Under the pieces are notes generated by a model. That model was not told where the DNA came from, made no database searches, and worked only from the letters and a program-made list of their open reading frames with translations. Of a stretch of DNA of 64,000 bases, positions 22,542 through 32,174 are shown piece by piece (position 1 is the first letter of the stretch; every line of letters starts with the position of its first letter). The translations under genes were made by a program, and so were the position numbers. This DNA comes from an uncultured delta proteobacterium (GTDB lineage: Bacteria > Desulfobacterota > Syntrophia > Syntrophales > UBA2185): positions 64,001-128,000 of the forward strand of contig CAVOID010000005.1 of the NCBI GenBank assembly GCA_963695875.1. The letters are read 5' to 3'.

Positions 22542-23269
22542 TAAAACATGCCGCCGTTGACGGAAATAACCTGTCCTGTTATATATGAGGCGTCGTCTGA
22601 ACACAGGAAACGGACTACTTTGGCCACCTCCTCCGGCCTTCCGATCCTTGCCATGGGAATAATGTCCTTGATTCTATCCACCGGAGCACCCTTGATCATC
22701 TCCGTATCGATCAGCCCGGGGGCAACTACATTGACCCGGACACCCAGCCTTGCCACTTCTGAAGCAAGGGAGCGGCTGGCGGCGATCAACCCCGACTTTG
22801 CCGCAGCATAGTTGGCCTGTCCCCTGTTCGCGAGGAGAGCAGACACGGACGAAATGGAGACAACTGATCCCCTGCGATTCCTAACCATCGCCTTTATGAC
22901 CGGCTTCGTTACGTTATAAAAGCCCTTCAGGGTCGTCTGGATAACTGTATCCCAGTCTGCCTCAGGCATCAGCATGAAGAGGCCGTCGGCGGTAACTCCT
23001 GCATTATTCACGAGGACTCGAAGGTTTTTGTGCTGCGAGATTATTTCATCCATCTGCCTTACCGCTTCTTTTGAGTCTGCCACATCAAAGCGGACCTTTT
23101 CCCCACTGCCTTTCTTCGATCTGATAATATCCAGGGTTTCCTCGGCAGACCGATCGTTCGATTTGTATGTTATGATCACCCGATATCCCGCATCGGACAG
23201 TTCGACTGCAATGGCACGGCCAATGCCCCGACTGCCGCCAGTCACGAGGGCGACCGGTCCTTCACTCAT
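22541..23269 (-). CDS. fabG: 3-oxoacyl-ACP reductase
   Basis: TGGSRGIG, NNAG, YAAAK, VAPGLIDT, YITGQVISVNGG. Confidence 0.9.
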   Translation of the reverse strand: MSEGPVALVTGGSRGIGRAIAVELSDAGYRVIITYKSNDRSAEETLDIIRSKKGSGEKVRFDVADSKEAVRQMDEIISQHKNLRVLVNNAGVTADGLFMLMPEADWDTVIQTTLKGFYNVTKPVIKAMVRNRRGSVVSISSVSALLANRGQANYAAAKSGLIAASRSLASEVARLGVRVNVVAPGLIDTEMIKGAPVDRIKDIIPMARIGRPEEVAKVVRFLCSDDASYITGQVISVNGGMF

Positions 23270-23437
23270 GCTGTTTTGCTCCTTAGGATGAGTCATAGCA
23301 GCTTCAAGTTCACATCTCTTACCTTAATTATGTTGAAAAATGCGGTCCATGTGAAGCTCCCCACCTACAGGGCGGGGCTTGCGGGATGTGCTCCCGGTCA
23401 GGAAACTTGAACCACCTGAATGTTCTAACGTTCATAC

Positions 23438-23848
23438 TTAATCGGATTCGAACCGGTATACCTGTATCTGAATTCTGCCTAGAAGGTCCGTTTCTGCCGT
23501 GACGGTTCCCTCCAGGACATTATAATTGTGAGCACCGGACAGATTTTTCACTGTTGTGATGAGCACCGTGTGAAGCGGAATCCGGTCCAGAAAAAAATCT
23601 GCGCTTTTAATCCCGACAAGAAATCCTCTGCCCATACCCTTGTCATTCCCTCTTTTCCAGCTTATGTAAACCGCCGCCGTCTGCGCCACAATCTCAATTA
23701 GGACTATAGGGTCGACAAAAGACTCATGATAGAGGGGCCATCGATCAGTAACGAGGGCTGACGTCACGGCCGTATCTGCATTTACGTCCAGAACTTCATT
23801 GATCAGCTTCATCCTGTCCCGATGGGGGATCAGTGTTTCAATATCCAT
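23438..23848 (-). CDS. hotdog-fold 3-hydroxyacyl-ACP dehydratase-like protein (ApeP-like)
   Basis: LIPHRDRMKLI, IEIVAQTAA, GFLVG. Confidence 0.8.
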   Translation of the reverse strand: MDIETLIPHRDRMKLINEVLDVNADTAVTSALVTDRWPLYHESFVDPIVLIEIVAQTAAVYISWKRGNDKGMGRGFLVGIKSADFFLDRIPLHTVLITTVKNLSGAHNYNVLEGTVTAETDLLGRIQIQVYRFESD

Positions 23849-23956
23849 TCTATCATCACGAGATGAGATTTTTTAGATGTTCAAAGCAACCCAAATATGC
23901 TATTAGACGGCGGCATAGTAAATGGAAAAAATAAGAGATGTCAAGGGGAATTATTG

Positions 23957-25360
23957 ATGAAGACGAAGAGCGTCACCGGATCGCAATGGTATCGGAATAT
24001 CTTCTCTCTTCCATCGGAACCGGCCAAAGAATTTATACGTGGCGGCTGTACTTATGAAGATGTTTATCGTCTTGCGGCAGGGATTCGTTGCCTCCAGCCA
24101 TCGGGAGAAAATGACCGTGCGGTAATCTGCCTATGTACCGGTGACAAGGCGCTCATCGCTGCGGCACTGGTAGCTTCGCTTGCCGGCGGCCCCCGCCTTG
24201 TTCTTCCCTATGCCTTCTCCCGGCAGGCCCTTGAGGAAGTCCTTGCGACTATGTCCGTATCATTTCTGCTCGCAGACCGTTCATGTGATTTGCCCCCCGG
24301 CCCTGAGGTAATAACCCCCGCGATGCTGCGCCGTGATTCCACGATTCACCGTACCTTCATTGATCCGGATGAGCCCTTTCTCATGCTGTTTACCGGTGGA
24401 TCGACAGGAAAGCCGAAGGTGTGGTCCAAGACACCCCGGAATATGCTATCAGAAGCCCGGCATATGTCGGGGAAATTCGGTATATCTCCCGATGATCTTT
24501 TTCTATCAACGGTGCCGCCCCAACATATTTACGGCTTCCTCTTTTCCGTGCTGATTCCATTCATCAGTTCTGCCCGTGTTCTTGATGAAGTCTATACCTT
24601 CCCCAGGGAGATACTGCGGGCAGCTGAGGATTATGGGGCGTCCATCCTGGTAAGCGTTCCTGCACATTACCGGGTTTTGAAAACGGATGATTTGCAGCGG
24701 CACGATCTCAGGATGGCTTTTTCTTCAGCGGGAGTGCTGGATAAAGAGGACGCTGCATATTTTCATGATAGAACGGGTCTGGACATTGTTGAAATTTATG
24801 GTTCAACGGAGACGGGAGGTGTAGCTACGAGGCGTCGTTTGCGAGACGATGAATCCTGGAGTGCCCTGGACTCTGTCGACTGGAAGTTACGAAATGGGAG
24901 GTTGCATGTTCGCTCGGAATTTATCTCTCCGACGCTGCCCCGGGATGCCGCTGGTTTCTTCTTGACAGCCGATTGCGCAGATTTAGACGGTTATGACAGA
25001 TTCGTCCTCCGGGGCAGAGCGGATGATATTGTCAAGATCGGAGGGAAGAGGGTTGACCTTGCTTCTGTACAGGCAAAATTAAAACAGGTACCCGGAGTTC
25101 GTGATGCCGTAGTTGTATCCATTCCTACCGGAAACGGCCGTCAAAATGAACTGGCAGCCCTTGTAGCGACCCATCTTGATGTGCTTCAATTGAGGCAGCA
25201 TATTGCCGCGATAAGTGAAGACTATGCTGTCCCCAAACGTATTGCCGTTGTAGAAGAAATCCCCGTGACAACTACGGGCAAATATAACCGGGCGATGATC
25301 GAACAGATTCTGCGGTCAGGAAAACAAAAAGCAGTGATGACCGATAAGCGCAACCCATGA
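23957..25360 (+). CDS. AMP-binding acyl-CoA/acyl-ACP synthetase
   Basis: FTGGSTGKPK, TVPPQHIYG, EIYGSTETGGVA, GRADDIVKIGGKRV, TTGK. Confidence 0.88.
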   Translation: MKTKSVTGSQWYRNIFSLPSEPAKEFIRGGCTYEDVYRLAAGIRCLQPSGENDRAVICLCTGDKALIAAALVASLAGGPRLVLPYAFSRQALEEVLATMSVSFLLADRSCDLPPGPEVITPAMLRRDSTIHRTFIDPDEPFLMLFTGGSTGKPKVWSKTPRNMLSEARHMSGKFGISPDDLFLSTVPPQHIYGFLFSVLIPFISSARVLDEVYTFPREILRAAEDYGASILVSVPAHYRVLKTDDLQRHDLRMAFSSAGVLDKEDAAYFHDRTGLDIVEIYGSTETGGVATRRRLRDDESWSALDSVDWKLRNGRLHVRSEFISPTLPRDAAGFFLTADCADLDGYDRFVLRGRADDIVKIGGKRVDLASVQAKLKQVPGVRDAVVVSIPTGNGRQNELAALVATHLDVLQLRQHIAAISEDYAVPKRIAVVEEIPVTTTGKYNRAMIEQILRSGKQKAVMTDKRNP

Positions 25361-25440
25361 CACCAGGAGACATTGGTGTTGACTTTTCGTTTGTCCTCGC
25401 CATATATCATGCATAATAGATTTCGCGGGAGGTAAAAATT

Positions 25441-26049
25441 ATGCTCAGGAACATCAGACTTGTGTTGTTTATATGCATTTTCTTATGCACTCTTCTCGCT
25501 GTAAGTGTCGTAACGCAGGCAGGCTACATTATTCCGCTAAGAAACTATTATCCTGCATTCACGACCGATCTAAATGAATACAAAGGTAAGCGGGTGTATC
25601 TCATGAACTTTGAAAACCAGGCCAGAGATACCACCGTCTGGTATTACTTCAGTCCGGATAGACAGTATGCCTATAGCGGCAACTCCCTGATCCACAATTA
25701 TTTCTGGTATTCCTTCGAAAAGGCCTTGATAAGTCTCGGGATGTGGGTCTCAAACATGGATAAGCCGGATCCCTATGCACCGGCCGTGTGGATGACTTTA
25801 AAATCCGTCAACGACGCCAGGTTTGAGGTGGAGGTGAAAATGCAGAAATTCGTTTACGGCGTGTTCTTTACCAAGATTTACACAGCCAAAGGGGAAGACA
25901 TCAAACAAGAAGAGCGGACGGCGGAAAATATGGAAAAACGCGCGTACCGTATGACCAACAAACTCTTCGAGAATATCCTGACTGATCCCGAATTCAAGAA
26001 AGCTTATTTTAAAGCAGCCGCCGAAATGATACAGTCTCAGGGCAAATGA
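25441..26049 (+). CDS. exported hypothetical protein
   Basis: GGAGG RBS, signal peptide, 202-aa ORF. Confidence 0.7.
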   Translation: MLRNIRLVLFICIFLCTLLAVSVVTQAGYIIPLRNYYPAFTTDLNEYKGKRVYLMNFENQARDTTVWYYFSPDRQYAYSGNSLIHNYFWYSFEKALISLGMWVSNMDKPDPYAPAVWMTLKSVNDARFEVEVKMQKFVYGVFFTKIYTAKGEDIKQEERTAENMEKRAYRMTNKLFENILTDPEFKKAYFKAAAEMIQSQGK

Positions 26050-26082
26050 CGGGACTGTGGGATTGTTTAACCCTCTGTTTTG

Positions 26083-26206
26083 GGGGCTGTTCAAAAATGT
26101 TCAGATACAAGGCGCGTTAAAACCGAATCGCGAGGCGTATATAGATATACGTTGAGCGATTAGGTTTGCAGCGCAACGCAGCAGATGAATGTTTTTCAAC
26201 AGCCCC
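26083..26206. mobile_element. MITE-like element with GGGGCTGTT(C/G)AAAAA terminal inverted repeats
   Basis: GGGGCTGTTCAAAAA...TTTTTCAACAGCCCC, non-coding, between convergent genes. Confidence 0.65.
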
Positions 26207-26215
26207 AATGTCAGT

Positions 26216-27358
26216 TTAGACAACTGTCAGTAGCATATAGGCCACAGAAAACCGCCCACTTTCTGGTATGAAGCAGAGCAGCTTATTTCCTTCCTTCAGC
26301 TTTCCCGAATGAAAAAGTTCCTCCAGCATAACATAGATGGAGGCCGATCCGGTATTCCCTTTATATGACAGGTTGGTAAACCACCTCTCATACGGGATGG
26401 TGAATCCAATTTCCTCCATGGCCTTGAAAACCTTATCCCTGAAATAATAAGAGGAATAGTGGGGTAAAAACCAATTCACCTCGCTGGCTTTCAGGTTTCT
26501 CTTCGCAAGTGTCCGCGCCAGGGCCATATTCACAGAAACCTTCACCATTTCTTCATTCAGGATGGTCATGTCCTGTTTCAAGGCAAAATAATTTTTATCG
26601 AGGGCTTCCTTCAGGGAATCAAGCTGTCGCCAACCCTTGACTGAACCATCCTCATTTTTTACGGCTCCCGCGTACATGCAAACTTCATATTGACCGGCAT
26701 ACGAAACGTGCTCGATCCAATCCACTTTCAGCGAAAACCTATCCGTGTTTTTTCCCGGCGACATGAATACCGCCCCGGCAGCGTCAGATAGCATCCATCG
26801 AAGAAACTCCGCATCGAAGGGAACTACAGGATTACTTTTTACATCCAAATCACTTTGCAAATGTTCAAAGAATTTCGCCCTGATTAGCGAGGATGCCAGC
26901 TCCGACCCTGTAGCTACAGCATTTTCGCTGAAACCCAAGGCCACATTCATGAAGGCATATTTGAAGGCGCTGATTCCGGAAAGACAGATCCCAGCGGTGG
27001 AGATTACCTCACAGGCGGGGGAACCCAGTTCACCATGGACCATAAGGCCATGCCCGGGGACAATAATATCCGCCATGGATGTGCCGCAGCACAGACACTG
27101 GATATCGGATATGGTAAAGCCTTCGTAAGGTCTCAGCTTTCTTACGGCTTCCGCTGTTAACTGAGCATTGGTGTGGGTCAATTCAGCCGTTGCCGGGTCA
27201 ATGGCATAGTAACGTTTATTGATTTTATTATTGTCAAGAATTCTATTCTTCATCCTTGATGGCATGTTGTGGATTTTGCCGATGACGTCCTGTATATGAT
27301 CGTTGTCGACAGGATCATTGGGTAAAAAGGCTGAAACGTCATTAATAAAAACAGTCAC
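26216..27358 (-). CDS. DarB/StlD-type beta-ketoacyl-ACP synthase III
   Basis: PGHGLMVHGEL, AGICLSG (Cys), FLRWMLSDAAGA, FLPHYSS (His), GNTGSAS (Asn), PESGRFS. Confidence 0.88.
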   Translation of the reverse strand: MTVFINDVSAFLPNDPVDNDHIQDVIGKIHNMPSRMKNRILDNNKINKRYYAIDPATAELTHTNAQLTAEAVRKLRPYEGFTISDIQCLCCGTSMADIIVPGHGLMVHGELGSPACEVISTAGICLSGISAFKYAFMNVALGFSENAVATGSELASSLIRAKFFEHLQSDLDVKSNPVVPFDAEFLRWMLSDAAGAVFMSPGKNTDRFSLKVDWIEHVSYAGQYEVCMYAGAVKNEDGSVKGWRQLDSLKEALDKNYFALKQDMTILNEEMVKVSVNMALARTLAKRNLKASEVNWFLPHYSSYYFRDKVFKAMEEIGFTIPYERWFTNLSYKGNTGSASIYVMLEELFHSGKLKEGNKLLCFIPESGRFSVAYMLLTVV

Positions 27359-27440
27359 TTCATCTCCTTACATTCAAGCCGGATGCTTTTATAAGGTGCC
27401 TACTTACTAAATAAGATCCTTTTTACGCAAGTAAAAAATA

Positions 27441-27660
27441 ACGGCTTTGTAAAAAGTCCATATGCTGCGTTGCGCTTCATCCGGAGCCTGTTCCAAGCAA
27501 AGCGAGGAATCTCCGAGTTTGCTTCGGCTGCGGCCTCGCAACTATTGCAGCGTACGTCTCTGTACGCCTCATTCCTCAGGCTTTGCGCGCCTTTCCTCCG
27601 GAACTTTTTACTTTGCCGTCCATTCCTTCTCTATGATTGACTCTTTTTACGTGATCGTCT
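27441..27660. repeat. intergenic MITE/REP-like element
   Basis: Ends ACGGCTTTGTAAAAAGTC and ACTTTTTACTTTGCCGT / CTCTTTTTACGTGATCGT are imperfect inverted repeats; internal CGTAC..GTACG palindrome. Confidence 0.55.
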
Positions 27661-27696
27661 AAAAATTTACTTGTGAATGATGTAAGGTCTGGTCGA

Positions 27697-29001
27697 TCAG
27701 TCGGATCTCTTAGCCTTTCCATGCAGCCTCTTCACCAGTTCCGAAAAGGTCTCATAAAATGCTTTTTCGGGTATGGTCGTAGGAAGAACCGCGTTTGTAA
27801 AGGTGTAATAATCCAGATCGTGAGTGACAATCCGGTCCTTCACTTTCTTATGGAGGGGTGTACCGGGAATGGGTGTCAGCACCGACAGGACAGGAATCTG
27901 GATTCCCTGGGCCACAATGAACTTCTCCAGATGTTCAAAATCACTCTCTGTATAATCCGGCGCAACTATGAAATCACCCACAATAAGCATGTCAAGTTCG
28001 TGGAGGAGTTCAATGGCTCTGGGAATAACATCAACGTTGTATTTCTTATTATAACCTTCTATTCTCCGTTCCTGGATATCTTCAAATCCGACGACCACTG
28101 CGTGAAGACCTGCTTCTTTCCAATCTTTCAGTAAATCATGATGCCTTACAACCGTGTCCGCCCGGACATCGGCAATGAACCGCTTCCGGATTCCCAAGTC
28201 CTTGATCTTCCGGCAGAGATCCCTCGACATGAAAGGATTACCGAAAGTATTGGCATCTACCATGCGTATAAAGGGAATATCACCCAACAGGCCGATGTCC
28301 CTTGTTACGGAATCAGATGAGTGGACAAGGTATTTCCCCCCTGTAACTCCAGGAATGGTACAGAAAGAGCAATCGTGAGTGCAGCCATAGGCGGTAATAA
28401 CGAATCCCATCTTCATTCCAAGTTTTTCCAGAACATAGTGCTCCCTGTACCTTTCCACAAGGTCATAGCGGGGTGGACGATTATCCATCAGATCATCCAG
28501 GCTGTAGTCTCTCGGCGTGTATGAAAGAGAAGAACCGGGTGAGGTTTTTGCAACACCGGGGATCGCCATACTGCTATCCCCATTTTGAAGGTGGCTTATC
28601 AGTTCGCTAAAGCTCTTCTTACCGATGCCGATGACGATGTAATCAATCTCTTTCCTATTGTAATAGGATGGATCACATGTAGCATGATTCCCACCGACAG
28701 CTATGACAGCATGTTTCTCTTCCCTGATTTTTCGGGCATATCTGAGCACCGTATTAGCCTCGCAAGTAACTGCTGAGAAGCCGATCACGTCGGGCTGAAG
28801 ATCAGCGACAATCCGCCACAAGACGTCTTCTTCCTCACACTTCATATCAAGGATCAGCAGGTCATGTCCGGCAAGGGCCCCGGCAATAACCTCAAGACCG
28901 AAGGGTTCTCCCCTGAATATCTGTTTGATGGATGTGACGCCGTATTGTTCTTCCGGAATACTTCGTCCGGAATTAGGTGGATTAACAAGAAGAATTTTCA
29001 T
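27697..29001 (-). CDS. B12-binding radical SAM protein
   Basis: MKILLVNPP, VGGNHAT, YGCTHDCSFC CxxxCxxC motif, LTPIPGT. Confidence 0.9.
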   Translation of the reverse strand: MKILLVNPPNSGRSIPEEQYGVTSIKQIFRGEPFGLEVIAGALAGHDLLILDMKCEEEDVLWRIVADLQPDVIGFSAVTCEANTVLRYARKIREEKHAVIAVGGNHATCDPSYYNRKEIDYIVIGIGKKSFSELISHLQNGDSSMAIPGVAKTSPGSSLSYTPRDYSLDDLMDNRPPRYDLVERYREHYVLEKLGMKMGFVITAYGCTHDCSFCTIPGVTGGKYLVHSSDSVTRDIGLLGDIPFIRMVDANTFGNPFMSRDLCRKIKDLGIRKRFIADVRADTVVRHHDLLKDWKEAGLHAVVVGFEDIQERRIEGYNKKYNVDVIPRAIELLHELDMLIVGDFIVAPDYTESDFEHLEKFIVAQGIQIPVLSVLTPIPGTPLHKKVKDRIVTHDLDYYTFTNAVLPTTIPEKAFYETFSELVKRLHGKAKRSD

Positions 29002-29197
29002 GACGAGACTAAATTAGAAAAATTATGGATTTATGCTATATGGTATAGACACTATGGTTGTTTGCTATCAGATAGGAACGTTTGTGTCAACGACAAAGAA
29101 CCGCGCGGGAACTCTATCGCCCCAGGTCTGCCATTAACACCCAATGCCCCGCCCGGCAACTCTATGAAGCAACTAACAGGTCCTTGTAAGAAATGAG

Positions 29198-29223
29198 AAG
29201 GGGAGACCGGAGGTCTCCCCTTG
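29198..29223. terminator. hairpin, likely terminator
   Basis: AAGGGGAGACC-GGA-GGTCTCCCCTT perfect inverted repeat. Confidence 0.55.
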
Positions 29224-29322
29224 TAAAGGAGGTAAAATGCAGGCTACGTTATAGGTTTTGGTTAAATTGCCGGTTAATCATGCCCGTCTTAACCGGTTAT
29301 ATATCAATAAAAGAAAAATCAC

Positions 29323-29478
29323 TTAATCCCTTTTGAGCACAAGCCCCATCATAAGAACAATAGCGATAAAACAGAAAACGACAATTGCAATTTCGGGCAT
29401 ATCCGCCCCGATATTGTGATGGTGGGGTTCGGCAAGTCTCATCATGATCGGTGTTGATAGTAATGTCGTCATATCCAT
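29323..29478 (-). CDS. small (~50 aa) membrane protein with an HHH motif
   Basis: AAGGAG RBS; translation MDMTTLLSTPIMMRLAEPHHHNIGADMPEIAIVVFCFIAIVLMMGLVLKRD; below the ORF-track length cutoff. Confidence 0.6.
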   Translation of the reverse strand: MDMTTLLSTPIMMRLAEPHHHNIGADMPEIAIVVFCFIAIVLMMGLVLKRD

Positions 29479-29529
29479 TCTCCTTCTATCATAAGAATGA
29501 ACTACCGTTTATAGAGCAATTTTGATTTT

Positions 29530-29572
29530 ACTTTAACCACACGAATGCAAAAAAGCTGTGACGCAGATCACG
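29530..29572 (-). promoter_or_regulatory. CRP/FNR-family box with class II promoter geometry
   Basis: TGTGA-CGCAGA-TCACG at 29557-29572; -10 TAAAGT (minus strand) at 29530-29535. Confidence 0.55.
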
Positions 29573-29803
29573 AAAAATCATCTATTTATAGTTACTGGAC
29601 GATGAGCAGTTTCTTTAAATTATGCCTGTAGGTAAGAAATGAGCTAGTCCTGGTTAGTGCTTATAAGAATCGTGAGGGTCGCTGATGTGGTGGAACCAAT
29701 CGGCATGGAAAAAGCCTCAGAACGGCTGTATTATCTATGAGCCATGGGTAGCGGATATGTATCTGAGATTGCTTTAGAAGAAGGTGTGTAGGTTCCGGTG
29801 CAT

Positions 29804-30448
29804 CTATTTCCGGGTCAATAGCGCTTTAATGTACTCCAGCACAGGGGAAATATTTTCCGGTTTCACGTCATCAAAATCCTCAGTCATGAACCTTTTTAAA
29901 GTCTCATCCTTTTCCATCATCCTGCCGACGGCAACAAGGCCCTCATCATAGGAGCTCAGATCCTTATGCAACATCCTGCCGCAAAGTGGGAAATATTTAA
30001 TTTCCTTTCCAATCTCGTGCGGTAGATTGGCATTATAGATTTTACTGATGTTGGGATGCTCCGGCGGTGTGCCGGAGGCCGTAAACAAAATAACTTTCTT
30101 CTCCTTGATGGTATTCCAGGTTTCGATGATCAACGGTGCTATGACAATCCGGCCGGTACGGATATATCCACCGAAGACGATCACGTCGTATTTTATAAAT
30201 TGCGGGGCATTACACTTCTTTATATCCACCATCTGACTTGGAATTTCCTTGTGTATCCATTCGGCATACTGTTTAGTGCTGCCGTACTTGCTCTGATACA
30301 CTATCAATACCCGGGGGGGACCTTTTCCAATCAGATTGCTGCTGCCTTTGCTATCCGATATTTCACAAATGGGCGCATGTGTACAGGCGCAAATGTATAT
30401 GCAGAGTATTGATACAAAAAGCAGCTTAAGCCATCGATCATTTATCAT
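29804..30448 (-). CDS. flavodoxin-domain (HemG-like) lipoprotein
   Basis: IVYQSKYGSTKQYAEWI, YDVIVFGG; N-terminal signal with Cys. Confidence 0.8.
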   Translation of the reverse strand: MINDRWLKLLFVSILCIYICACTHAPICEISDSKGSSNLIGKGPPRVLIVYQSKYGSTKQYAEWIHKEIPSQMVDIKKCNAPQFIKYDVIVFGGYIRTGRIVIAPLIIETWNTIKEKKVILFTASGTPPEHPNISKIYNANLPHEIGKEIKYFPLCGRMLHKDLSSYDEGLVAVGRMMEKDETLKRFMTEDFDDVKPENISPVLEYIKALLTRK

Positions 30449-30755
30449 GGTGAATACGGTTTCCTTTGGTTTCTATCTCCCCCTAATTATGCCTGCAGGG
30501 CGTTCAGGTGCATTCAGTAATATCCATTATGTACCTGATAACTATCATGCGTATAATCTTTTAAAGTCAAGATAAATGGTTAATCCGACTTGACATAATA
30601 ATAACTTTCCATTAAGAAAACCTTCGATTGGAGCCGATAAAAAATACTCCATTTGTGTCACGCCTGCTAGCAAAGGCGGCATTGAGTGTCCATTTAGAAT
30701 TGCCCGTTAGGTCTGTTTCACGTCTTGAAAAAGTAATTTAAAAGGAGGAGTTAAC

Positions 30756-31304
30756 ATGAGAAGATTCCTGATATTAGCCATAGGCTTTATCCTGCTTTCC
30801 GGCTGTGCGGCAACAAGTATGGTGGCGCCCGATCGTAAACCGGATCTTGCACCCCGGACTGACACGGCTACGCTAGTGATCATCCGCGATACAAAGTTCG
30901 GATTTGCCATTGTATTCTGGAATTATCTAGACGGAAAACTAATCGGTGAAACAAAAGGAAAGACGTATTTTGTGACGCCTGTTAAGCCGGGACCTCATTA
31001 CGTGGTTGTCGCGACTGAGAACACCGCAGTAGCGCATCTCACCTTTGAGCCCGGGAAAATCTATTATCTTCGTGAGGGAGTCCTTCTGGGATGGTGGCGC
31101 GCCCGCACAAATGGCTTCTCCCCCTTGAATCCGCAGGAGGCAGCGGAAGCCATGAACAGCTGCACATACATGGAGTATGATCCGACAAGGGGTGGTGAGG
31201 ACATGAATTCAAAACTGTACCAACAGGCGATTGCCGATTACCATACGGAAGTGAAACAGAATCCTGAAGGATTCAAGGCCATGCTTGAATATAAAGGCTA
31301 TTAG
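30756..31304 (+). CDS. lipoprotein (DUF2846-like)
   Basis: LSGC lipobox, YLDGKLIG, PGPH, GKIYY. Confidence 0.7.
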   Translation: MRRFLILAIGFILLSGCAATSMVAPDRKPDLAPRTDTATLVIIRDTKFGFAIVFWNYLDGKLIGETKGKTYFVTPVKPGPHYVVVATENTAVAHLTFEPGKIYYLREGVLLGWWRARTNGFSPLNPQEAAEAMNSCTYMEYDPTRGGEDMNSKLYQQAIADYHTEVKQNPEGFKAMLEYKGY

Positions 31305-31499
31305 TTTTCTCTCCTCTGAAATACTTGAAGATTAAATTGGGTTCATACCAGCCGACTGGAACCGACAGCCGGCTTATTTACTTTGGCCGTTTCTTCTTGA
31401 CAGACAATGCACTCATATCTATAGTTCCGAACAGAAAAACGAGATCTTATTAAATCTCCAGGAACCTCTTACATAAAACGAAACTGGATCCCCGCTTGC

Positions 31500-31704
31500 G
31501 AGACTGTGTCGTAATAGCAGATGATCGATGAAATTAATTCGTCATGTCCCCCGCCTGCGGGGGATTAAGGGGGTGGCTGTTTTGATAGAGCTGAAATGTT
31601 TATTAGTTTCAGCTTCAAAGCTTTTTATCCACCTCCGTCACTTCGTGACACCTCCGCCAGCGGAGGATACTAACTGATAATTTTTTGAATTACGACACAG
31701 TCTC
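31500..31704. mobile_element. MITE with 16-bp terminal inverted repeats, inserted into a REP-like palindrome
   Basis: GAGACTGTGTCGTAAT...ATTACGACACAGTCTC perfect TIRs with TGC on both flanks. Confidence 0.75.
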
Positions 31705-31769
31705 TGCACGGAAATGACAATGAATATAAGAAAAATTGTTCCACCTCATAAATTATTTTTGATGTAATT

Positions 31770-32174
31770 ATGAAAATCTCCGAAGTACCCCAGGACGACA
31801 CAAAGACCATGCACGGGGAGAAAAAGGCTGTATACGCAGTTGACGATCAAGGCCATTACAAGCAGACCGCCACTAAAGGATGGGAGGCGGAAGAAATCGT
31901 CCTCAACCAGGTGATCAGCGAGTTTGAGGAAAAAGCCAGAGCGGCCGCAATGCGCGCGAGAAATAACGAAACATCGCCGATAGAATATTTCATGTATAAA
32001 AACTGGATGGATCCCCTTACTCTCGCCCAGGCCATGGGTCTTTACCGATGGCAGGTAAAGCGTCATTTCAAACCTGGCGTTTTCAAAAAACTCGACAATA
32101 AAACACTTGCTGAGTATGCCCGGCTTTTTAAAGTAACCGTCAACGAGCTAATAAATTTCCCCGGGGAGAATTAA
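31770..32174 (+). CDS. conserved hypothetical protein upstream of the BtrH-like gene (C-terminal HTH-like)
   Basis: EVPQD, YAVD..G.Y, GWEAE, SPIEYFM, WQVKRHFKP; directly abuts the next gene. Confidence 0.75.
   Translation: MKISEVPQDDTKTMHGEKKAVYAVDDQGHYKQTATKGWEAEEIVLNQVISEFEEKARAAAMRARNNETSPIEYFMYKNWMDPLTLAQAMGLYRWQVKRHFKPGVFKKLDNKTLAEYARLFKVTVNELINFPGEN

Noticed and set aside
29804..30448. Flavodoxin-like gene as the missing DarA cyclase
   Set aside because: It is too short, has a lipoprotein-like N-terminus and HemG-type motifs, and lacks a DarA-like C-terminal region.
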